This document shows positions 24,247 through 31,562 of a stretch of 35,211 bases of DNA, piece by piece. The notes under the pieces are model-generated. The model made no database searches. It saw only the letters and a program-made list of their open reading frames with translations, and was not told the origin of the DNA. The translations under genes and the position numbers were made by a program. This stretch comes from an uncultured Candidatus Saccharibacteria bacterium (lineage in GTDB: Bacteria; Patescibacteriota; Minisyncoccia; Phycocordibacterales; UBA918). Within the stretch, counting starts at the first letter, position 1. Each line of letters opens with the position of its first letter. The stretch spans positions 1 through 35,211 of the forward strand of contig CAYRER010000004.1 of assembly GCA_964423385.1 (NCBI GenBank), read 5' to 3'.

Positions 24247-25509
24247 TTAACCCCGGCTTACGCGTAACCACAGGCCAATATTGATAATAGTACCAATCAA
24301 GGTATTGAGTAGATTTGCATACACTAGGCCAATTACTCCCCCCCAGATACCACCAACAACATAGAGTACGACTGCAATACCACTTTGCATGAATGTCCGA
24401 CTAAAAAGAGTCCTCGAGAGGCCCTGAGAAGTGAACAGGAGACTCATATATCGATTGGGGAGAGCAAAAATGAAGTTCATGGCAAGCAGCTGGGAGTAGC
24501 GGATGCTCTCAAGGTACTGGGGCAGGAGGTACGTAAATACATACGGCGAGACAATAATGTATCCCGCTGTCGCGGTAAGGCCGATGAGCATTCCCTGGAC
24601 AATCCGCCGGTAGAACACCTGGTTGATTTCAGCAAACGTCTTTTCGGCAAACTTCGGGAATCCGACCGCCACCCAGCTCTTGATGAAGAGCGTTGCACGC
24701 GCAGGGATGGCACTCGCGAGTGCATAGACCGCAAGGGGTCCGGCACCCCAGAAACTTCCGAGGATGAGCTTGTCGACCTGAGAGACAACAGGATCAATGA
24801 AGCGCAGGTAGGTGAGCTCTCTGCCGTACTGCTCCGTCTCCCGTATGTCAGGTGCAGCGCCAAGCCCGAATCTCCGGACAACATACACGTAAAAGACGTA
24901 TGCGGGGATGAAGGTAGCTGCCGTGTACGCAACGATGAGCCAGACAACTTCATCGGTCAGAAGAAGCGCAACAAGCATACCGAGGGAATACGTGAGCGTT
25001 GAGAGGACGCTGAGGACGTTCGCAAGTCCGAACCGTTTCATTCCCTCGAGGTACGAGCTGTACGTATTGAAGGCGAGCGTGAAGGGAACGAACGAACCGA
25101 GGATGAGGAGAGCTGTACCAAGTACCTGGTCTCCCTGAGAGAGGTAGTACCCGCCGAGGACGTATGACGCAGCGAGCATGAGAAGATTCCACTTGAACTG
25201 GTAGCCGACCGCCGGACGGAGTACATCTTCGCCACCGCGCGCAACGGCCCGCGCAACGGCATTGTTCATGCCGGTGAGCGTGAAGATGTTGAGAATGCCG
25301 GCGATGGAGAGTATGTAGCGGTAGAGACCGTACGTTTCCTTCGGGAGCAGGTTGGCAAACGCAATGACGAGAAGGAGCGAGAGAACGCTGTTCATTGTCT
25401 GACCGAGCACTACCCAGGAGCCGCTCTTTGCAATATAGAGCATGTCCGCACGGGTATATTTCTGACTCCAGAGGAGGATGTTTCTGGCGTGTGTTCGAAT
25501 ATTTCTCAC
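24247..25509 (-). CDS. wzx: Wzx-type oligosaccharide flippase (MOP superfamily polysaccharide biosynthesis protein)
   Basis: A 420-aa polytopic membrane protein. The N-terminus (KYTRADMLYIAKSGSWVVLGQTMNSVLSLLLVIAFANLL...YGLYRYILS) is typical of flippases in polysaccharide clusters. GTG start with AGGAG immediately upstream. Confidence 0.75.
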   Translation of the reverse strand: MRNIRTHARNILLWSQKYTRADMLYIAKSGSWVVLGQTMNSVLSLLLVIAFANLLPKETYGLYRYILSIAGILNIFTLTGMNNAVARAVARGGEDVLRPAVGYQFKWNLLMLAASYVLGGYYLSQGDQVLGTALLILGSFVPFTLAFNTYSSYLEGMKRFGLANVLSVLSTLTYSLGMLVALLLTDEVVWLIVAYTAATFIPAYVFYVYVVRRFGLGAAPDIRETEQYGRELTYLRFIDPVVSQVDKLILGSFWGAGPLAVYALASAIPARATLFIKSWVAVGFPKFAEKTFAEINQVFYRRIVQGMLIGLTATAGYIIVSPYVFTYLLPQYLESIRYSQLLAMNFIFALPNRYMSLLFTSQGLSRTLFSRTFMQSGIAVVLYVVGGIWGGVIGLVYANLLNTLIGTIINIGLWLRVSRG

Positions 25510-25631
25510 AACTCCTATTCTATATTATTCTGCAGGGCTTATAACGGCGCCAGCGGTGGTAACGTGACAGACCGGCGAGGAACGAAAGGGTGGCGGTAGT
25601 TGTTACAAAAAGGTAAGCTACGGCATACCAT

Positions 25632-26225
25632 ATGAAGGAGCATATCAGGGAGTCGATTGCGGTGAAGGAGCGTCTGCTCAAGGACGATGCATTTCTCCGG
25701 ACACTCGGGGAGGTTGTTGAAGAGCTCAGGGGGGTGTACGAACGGGGAGGAAAAATCCTCATTGTTGGGAATGGGGGAAGCGCTGCGGACGCACAGCATT
25801 TTGCAGCGGAGATTACGTGCCAGTTTAAAGAGACGAGGAGGGGGTACCCTGCCCTCGCACTCCACACAGACACTTCCGCGATGACCGCGTGGGGGAACGA
25901 CAAGAGCTTCGATACGGTCTTCGCACGACAGGTCGAAGCTCATGGGCGGGCAGGTGACGCTCTCGTCGTTATTTCGACGAGTGGAAACTCAAAGAATCTC
26001 ATTGCTGCTGCGAAAGAGGCACGAGTGAAAGGTCTTCGCATTGTGGGACTCCTCGGCAGAGACGGTGGGGAGCTTGTGAGTGGAGGATACTGTGATCACG
26101 TACTCATTGTGCCGTCAGAAGAGACTCCTCGCATTCAGGAGTCGCACATCCTTCTCATCCACATCATTTGCGACGCTCTCGATGGGTTTTTTGTGACGCT
26201 CGCCAAGCAGGATTCTGAACGATAG
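25632..26225 (+). CDS. gmhA: D-sedoheptulose-7-phosphate isomerase (phosphoheptose isomerase, SIS domain)
   Basis: GNGGSAADAQHFAAE, VISTSGNSKN and IQESHILLIHIICD are present. The 197-aa size fits GmhA. Confidence 0.9.
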   Translation: MKEHIRESIAVKERLLKDDAFLRTLGEVVEELRGVYERGGKILIVGNGGSAADAQHFAAEITCQFKETRRGYPALALHTDTSAMTAWGNDKSFDTVFARQVEAHGRAGDALVVISTSGNSKNLIAAAKEARVKGLRIVGLLGRDGGELVSGGYCDHVLIVPSEETPRIQESHILLIHIICDALDGFFVTLAKQDSER

Positions 26226-26250
26226 TCCATTACTTTTCTCTTTCATTTGG

Positions 26251-26259
26251 TGTTATAGT
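26251..26259 (+). promoter_or_regulatory. Candidate extended -10 element (TGTTATAGT) upstream of the sulfate-activation gene
   Basis: tgttatagt matches TGnTATAAT at 8 of 9 positions. It sits in an AT-rich 64-nt spacer, 31 nt upstream of the ATG at 26290. Confidence 0.3.
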
Positions 26260-26289
26260 GTGCGTTGCTTTTAGGGTAATGTTTGATAC

Positions 26290-27939
26290 ATGAGTTCAGA
26301 GAATGCCGATATACTCCACTTGCCGCGATTAAACCTCAAGGGAAGGACTCTCCACGACCTCGAGGTGATGCTCGTCGGCGGCTTCTTGCCGGTCAGGGGC
26401 TTTATGGACGAGGAGGATTACACCTCTGTCGTCGAGACGATGCGCCTCAAGGACGGCAGTCTTTTTCCGATTCCTATTGTACTCGATATTCCGCATGATA
26501 GTACGTATCAGGCCGGAGACCGGATCCTCCTCTGCGACCCATTTGGGAACCCCGTGGCTACCATGGACATCACCTCGCGCTTTACTCCCGATAAGGAGAA
26601 GGAATCGCTCGGTGTGTACGGCACGCTCGACAAGACACACCCCGGGGTGGAGTACCTCATGGACGAAATGCACGATACGTACGTGGGTGGTCCCGTCACG
26701 AAGATTGCGCTCCCCATGCGGCACGACTTCAAGCAGTTTCGGCAGACGCCCGAGGACCTGAAGAAGCTCTTCAAAGAGCGCGGGTGGGACAAGGTTGTCG
26801 GTTTCCAGACCAGGAACCCCATGCACCGCGCGCACTTCGAGCTCGTGAAGCGTGCCTACGAAAAGACGGGTGCTCCAGTCCTCGTGCACCCGGTCGTCGG
26901 CATGACGAAGCCGGGTGATATTGATTACGTGACGCGCGTCCGCACGTACAACGTTGTCTGCAACACGTACGGAAAGGATTTTACGCACCTTGCTCTTCTT
27001 CCCTTGGCAATGCGCATGGCGGGTCCCCGCGAAGCTCTCTGGCATGCCATCATCCGGAAGAACTACGGCTGTACACACTTCATCTCGGGACGCGACCACG
27101 CGGGGCCGGGGAAGGACAGCAAGGGGAACCCGTTCTACGAGCCGTATGAGGCGCGCGACCTGCTCCTCAAGCATGCGGACGAAATCGGCATTACGGTCGT
27201 TCCATCGGACGAACTTGCGTACTCGAAGACCCGGGGGACGTATGTTGCCGCGGACGAGGTGACGCCGGAAGATGAGATTGAGAATATCTCCGGCACCGAG
27301 TTCCGTCGGCGTCTCCGTGAAGGGGAGGATATTCCCGAGTGGTTTTCGTTCAAGGAGTCAATCGACATCCTCCGCGAGAGCGTGAAGAAAGACACCCGTC
27401 CGGGCGTCATGATTTTCTTCACGGGTCTCTCGTGCTCAGGAAAGTCGACCCTGGCTCAGCTCCTCCTCGCACGGCTCCAGGAGCTCCAGGACCGCGACAT
27501 CACGTTCCTCGACGGCGACATCATCCGTACGCACCTCTCGAAGGGTCTCGGTTTTTCGAAGGAGGATCGTGACGAGAACGTGAAGCGCGTCGGCTTCGTC
27601 GCCGCGGAAGTTGTCCGCCACGGCGGCATCGTCATCTCGGCGCTCATCGCGCCGTATCGCGACGCGCGTCGGTACGTCCGGAACATGATTGAGCACTACG
27701 GCGAATTCATTGAGATTTTTGTCGACACCTCGCTCGAAGAGTGTGCACGGCGTGATACGAAGGGGCTCTACGAAAAGGCACGGCAGGGGCTCATCAAGAA
27801 CTTCACTGGCGTCGATGATCCGTACGAGCGCCCGGAGCACCCCGAGCTTATCGCAAAGACTGAAGAAGCAACGCCCGAGGTACTGGTAGAAAACATACTC
27901 GAGTACCTCTACGAGAGAGGGGTTTTGACACAGAAGTAA
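26290..27939 (+). CDS. sat: Bifunctional sulfate adenylyltransferase (ATP sulfurylase) / adenylylsulfate kinase; PAPS synthase
   Basis: Sat motifs FQTRNPMHRAHFEL and GRDHAGPG. C-terminal APS-kinase P-loop FFTGLSCSGKSTLA, then LDGDIIRTHL and ISALIAPY. Confidence 0.9.
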   Translation: MSSENADILHLPRLNLKGRTLHDLEVMLVGGFLPVRGFMDEEDYTSVVETMRLKDGSLFPIPIVLDIPHDSTYQAGDRILLCDPFGNPVATMDITSRFTPDKEKESLGVYGTLDKTHPGVEYLMDEMHDTYVGGPVTKIALPMRHDFKQFRQTPEDLKKLFKERGWDKVVGFQTRNPMHRAHFELVKRAYEKTGAPVLVHPVVGMTKPGDIDYVTRVRTYNVVCNTYGKDFTHLALLPLAMRMAGPREALWHAIIRKNYGCTHFISGRDHAGPGKDSKGNPFYEPYEARDLLLKHADEIGITVVPSDELAYSKTRGTYVAADEVTPEDEIENISGTEFRRRLREGEDIPEWFSFKESIDILRESVKKDTRPGVMIFFTGLSCSGKSTLAQLLLARLQELQDRDITFLDGDIIRTHLSKGLGFSKEDRDENVKRVGFVAAEVVRHGGIVISALIAPYRDARRYVRNMIEHYGEFIEIFVDTSLEECARRDTKGLYEKARQGLIKNFTGVDDPYERPEHPELIAKTEEATPEVLVENILEYLYERGVLTQK

Positions 27940-27940
27940 A

Positions 27941-27973
27941 ACAAACCCGCCCGCCTCCGGCGGGCGGGTTTGT
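27941..27973 (+). terminator. Perfect 15-bp stem hairpin immediately after the sat/cysC stop codon
   Basis: acaaacccgcccgcc / tcc / ggcgggcgggtttgt. Confidence 0.6.
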
Positions 27974-28055
27974 ACCTTGACGCACGAGCGAACCCGTAAT
28001 GAAGTGAGCCGTGGTTTCATGGGGGAAGGGGAGGTATGGTATAGTTTTTGACACT

Positions 28056-30239
28056 ATGAAAGACATCGCAAAGGCAGTCGTGTACGCCGGTATCTTCGCT
28101 GTTCCGGCAATCGTGCTCATTATCTCGAACAACCTCTTTTTCCCGTTCATTACCGGAAAGAACTTCACGTTCCGCATCATCGTCGAAATCGTCTTCGCGG
28201 CGTGGATTATCCTCGCGCTCTATGATGCACAGTACCGGCCGAAGTTTTCCTGGATTCTCGGGGCATTCCTCGCCTTCCTCGTCGCCATCTTCTTCTCGGA
28301 CCTTTTCGGCGCGTACTCGCTCCAGAGTTTCTGGAGCAATTTTGAGCGCATGGAGGGGTATGTAACCCTCGTCCACACGTTCCTCTACTTTGTCGTCGCC
28401 GGAAGCATCCTCAGGACCGAAAAACACTGGGATAGGTTTTTCCTCACGACCATCGGCGTCGCCCTCGTCGTCTCCCTCTACGCGTTCGCACAGCTCTCGG
28501 GGAACATCGTCATCAACCAGGGCGGGTGGCGTCTCGACGGGACCCTCGGCAACTCGTCGTACATGGCGATTTACATGCTCTTCCACACGTTCATCGCACT
28601 CTTCATGCTTCTCAGGACCCCGAACGTGCCGATGCGGTGGGTCTACGGTGCACTCACCGTCCTCTTCATCTACCTCCTCGTCCAGACCGCGACGCGCGGA
28701 ACCATCCTCGGTCTCGTCGGCGGGTCGCTCGTCATGGTGACCTACATGGCGCTCTTCGCGAAGAACTATCCGAACGTCCGGAAGGCTGCGGCAGGCGGGC
28801 TCGTCGCCCTCGTCGCTATAGTCGCGCTCTTCATCACGTTCAAAGAGTCTGCGTTTGTGCAGGGGAACCCGTACCTCCAGCGTGTCGCCACCATCTCGCT
28901 TGCCGAAGCGCAGAACCGCTTCAACATCTGGAGCATGGCTTTCGAGGGCGTAAAGGAGCGTCCGATTTTCGGGTGGGGCCAGAGCAACTATGGCTATGTC
29001 TTCAACAAGTACTACAAGCCGGAGCTTCACGGTCAGGAAGCGTGGTTTGACCGCGTCCACAACATCGTCATGGACTGGCTCATCGCGGGCGGATTCGTCG
29101 GGGTCACCCTCTACTTCTCGATTGTCGCCGCGGCGCTCTACTACCTCTTCCTCCGACCCCTCACGAGAGACGATGAAACGTTTTCGGTTGTCGAGCGGGG
29201 CGTGCTCATCGGGCTCATTGTCGGATACTTCATCCACAACTTCGTCGTCTTCGACAACATCGTGAGCTACATCTTCTATGGCACCATTCTTGCGTACATC
29301 CACGCGCGGGTTGCCACACCCGTCCCCTCCATCGAGCGGTTCAAGATTGACGGCCGGATTGTCGAGCAGGTGGTCTCGCCCATTGTCGCTGTCGTACTCC
29401 TCATCACGGTCTACTACGTGAACGTTCCGGGCATCCAGGCGGCAGGCGACATCATCGACGGATTCCGCGCGACGAACGGGGAAGAAATACTCGCGTCGTT
29501 CGAACGTGCGCTCGCGCGCGGGTCGTTCGGGACGCAGGAAATCCGCGAGCAGATGATGCAGCGCATCCAGCCCCTCTTCCAGGACCCGAACCTTTCTGAG
29601 GAATTCAAGCAGCGCGCGTTCAAACGCGTCGAGGAAGAGCTCCTCGCGCAGCTTGAAGAAAAGCCAGGCGACGCACGTGCACACGTCTTCATGGCCTCGT
29701 TCTACCGCATGACGAACAACCTGGAGCCCGCAATAGAGCAGCTCGCAAAGGCGCGTGAACTTTCACCCCGGAAACAGCTCATCATTTTCGAGCAGGGTAT
29801 GGCGGAGATTCAGCGGCAGAACTACGAGGCAGGACTCCAGTTCTTCAAGGAGGCGTACGAGCTGGGGACCCAGTTCACCGAATCACGCGTTCTCTACGCG
29901 ATGGCTGCCGTTTACGCCGGGAAGCTTGGACTCGTCGATGAGCTTCTCCCGACACCGGAAGACAAGCGCGCGTTTGCACTCAACGATATGGCGGTTCAGG
30001 CAGTCTACACGGCGAAGATGTACCCGCTCCTTGTCGATATGTTTAACACCCGCATCGAGGCAAATCCCGCCGAACCGCAGATTCGCACGAGTCTCGCATT
30101 TATCCTCAACGAGTCGGGTGACACGAAGGGTGCCATTGAGGTGCTCCGAAGGGCCGCTGAAGACATCCCTTCATTCAAAGCGCAGGCAGAGAATTTTATC
30201 GTGAACCTCGAGAACCCCGGACCAACACCGGCCCAGTAG
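28056..30239 (+). CDS. Wzy_C / O-antigen-ligase-family membrane protein with a C-terminal TPR-like repeat domain
   Basis: TATRGTILGLVGG and HNIVMDWLIAGGFVGVTLY are Wzy_C-type blocks. The C-terminal roughly 230 aa form helical repeats (AIEQLAKARELSP..., GAIEVLRRAAEDIP). ATG at 28056; an alternative GTG lies at 28011. Confidence 0.8.
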   Translation: MKDIAKAVVYAGIFAVPAIVLIISNNLFFPFITGKNFTFRIIVEIVFAAWIILALYDAQYRPKFSWILGAFLAFLVAIFFSDLFGAYSLQSFWSNFERMEGYVTLVHTFLYFVVAGSILRTEKHWDRFFLTTIGVALVVSLYAFAQLSGNIVINQGGWRLDGTLGNSSYMAIYMLFHTFIALFMLLRTPNVPMRWVYGALTVLFIYLLVQTATRGTILGLVGGSLVMVTYMALFAKNYPNVRKAAAGGLVALVAIVALFITFKESAFVQGNPYLQRVATISLAEAQNRFNIWSMAFEGVKERPIFGWGQSNYGYVFNKYYKPELHGQEAWFDRVHNIVMDWLIAGGFVGVTLYFSIVAAALYYLFLRPLTRDDETFSVVERGVLIGLIVGYFIHNFVVFDNIVSYIFYGTILAYIHARVATPVPSIERFKIDGRIVEQVVSPIVAVVLLITVYYVNVPGIQAAGDIIDGFRATNGEEILASFERALARGSFGTQEIREQMMQRIQPLFQDPNLSEEFKQRAFKRVEEELLAQLEEKPGDARAHVFMASFYRMTNNLEPAIEQLAKARELSPRKQLIIFEQGMAEIQRQNYEAGLQFFKEAYELGTQFTESRVLYAMAAVYAGKLGLVDELLPTPEDKRAFALNDMAVQAVYTAKMYPLLVDMFNTRIEANPAEPQIRTSLAFILNESGDTKGAIEVLRRAAEDIPSFKAQAENFIVNLENPGPTPAQ

Positions 30240-30275
30240 GCGGTTAGAAACGGCGTGCCCGCACGCCACGCGGGT

Positions 30276-31361
30276 ATGCCACCATCAGTCGTACAAAATG
30301 TTCCGCTCGCGTCCCGCACGACCCTCGGGGTCGGCGGCTCTGCAGAGTACTTCGCCGAAGTCAGGGAGTCCTCCGAGCTCCGCGCGGTGCTCGTGTGGGC
30401 AAGGGAGAAAGGACTTCCGGTGACTGTTCTCGGCGGGGGTTCAAACGTGCTCATTGCTGATGCGGGCATTCCCGGCCTCGTCGTCTGTCCGAAGCTCCTC
30501 GGCATTTCCTACGCCGCTCAATCGCCCGAGTCGGTTATCGTCACCGCGGGCGCCGGCGAGGACTGGGATGAGCTCGTGCACTCCGTCACCGGACGCGGAC
30601 TCTGGGGCATTGAGAATCTCTCGGGCATTCCCGGCACGGTCGGCGCCGCACCGGTTCAGAACATAAACGCATACGGTGCATCGGTCGCCGACGTCACCAT
30701 GCGCGTCTCAGGACTCACACTCAGCGGCGAGCCATTCTCGTTCACACAGAGCGAGTGCAGGTTCGGGTACCGCGACAGCATCTTCAAAGTAGAGGAGGGG
30801 AGAGACCACATCATCACTGAGGTTGTGTTCCGACTCACGAGAACCCGTCACGCAGAGACATCATACCGGAGCTCATCCCAGAGCATCGCGCGCTACCTCA
30901 CCGAACGTGGCATCGAAGCTCCCGTACCAGGGGACGTTCGGGAGGCGGTTCTCCGCGCGCGGAAAAACATCGGCATGCTCTCCGGCATGTTCCGCTCGGC
31001 CGGCTCGTTCTTCAAGAATACGGTCGTCTCGGCAGGAGAGTTTCAGCGCGTTCTTCGTACCGTTTCAGAGCGGCATGCTGAGAAGGGAGAGAAACTCGCA
31101 CCGTGGCACTGGGACCTTCCGGACGGAACCGTAAAAATCTCGACGGCGTTCCTCATGGAGTGCACGCCGTACAACAAGACTGACTTCAGGGACAGAACGT
31201 GGAATGGCGCTGTTGGTATCTCCCCGCTCCACACGCTCTCTCTTGTAAATGCGGGCGGTGCAACCGCGAAAGACATCGCCGATTTCTCAGATGAGATTGT
31301 GCGTGCGGTCAGAGAAGAGTTCTCGGTACGCATCGAGCCGGAGGTGTGCAGACTCCCGTAA
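30276..31361 (+). CDS. murB: UDP-N-acetylenolpyruvoylglucosamine reductase
   Basis: PLASRTTLGVGGSAEYF, VLGGGSNVL, GIENLSGIPGTVGAAPVQNINAYG, RFGYRDSIFK and AGSFFKN are present. ATG at 30276; the ORF is open from a GTG at 30255. Confidence 0.85.
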   Translation: MPPSVVQNVPLASRTTLGVGGSAEYFAEVRESSELRAVLVWAREKGLPVTVLGGGSNVLIADAGIPGLVVCPKLLGISYAAQSPESVIVTAGAGEDWDELVHSVTGRGLWGIENLSGIPGTVGAAPVQNINAYGASVADVTMRVSGLTLSGEPFSFTQSECRFGYRDSIFKVEEGRDHIITEVVFRLTRTRHAETSYRSSSQSIARYLTERGIEAPVPGDVREAVLRARKNIGMLSGMFRSAGSFFKNTVVSAGEFQRVLRTVSERHAEKGEKLAPWHWDLPDGTVKISTAFLMECTPYNKTDFRDRTWNGAVGISPLHTLSLVNAGGATAKDIADFSDEIVRAVREEFSVRIEPEVCRLP

Positions 31362-31387
31362 AAAAATTTTCAGAAAAATTTTCATAC

Positions 31388-31422
31388 GTGGATAAATTTT
31401 TTTCAGAAAAAAGTTTATCCAC
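31388..31422 (+). promoter_or_regulatory. AT-rich 16-bp inverted repeat whose arms carry DnaA-box consensus sequences; it could also act as the murB terminator hairpin
   Basis: gtggataaattttttt / cag / aaaaaagtttatccac. The right arm contains TTATCCACA (31415-31423), an exact DnaA-box consensus. The left arm is its complement with one mismatch (cgtggataa, 31387-31395). Confidence 0.4.
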
Positions 31423-31441
31423 ACATTTTTCTGTTTGTTCA

Positions 31442-31470
31442 TTGTAGAAATATTTTTTGTGAACGATAAT
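31442..31470 (+). promoter_or_regulatory. Candidate sigma-70-type promoter (TTGTAG - 17 nt - GATAAT)
   Basis: ttgtag (31442-31447), a 17-nt spacer, then gataat (31465-31470), within the AT-rich island upstream of the small basic ORF. Confidence 0.3.
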
Positions 31471-31562
31471 TGGTAATAAGCAGATGTTCTCTTTGCACAA
31501 TGCTCTTTGAAAAGGGAACAATGCGGTCGAGTTGTTAATGAGTAAAATTTTCAATTTCACAC

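Noticed and set aside
28017-29684. A 555-aa minus-strand ORF antisense to the Wzy_C/ligase-like gene.
   Set aside because: The product is extremely Asp/Glu/Arg-rich, which is the expected mirror image of a hydrophobic membrane-protein gene. The plus-strand frame carries recognisable Wzy_C motifs.
31362-31562. Calling the AT-rich DnaA-box region the chromosomal replication origin.
   Set aside because: Only two boxes are present, forming one palindrome. No dnaA or dnaN is adjacent, and gene orientation does not switch across the region. It is kept as a finding to test, not as an oriC feature.
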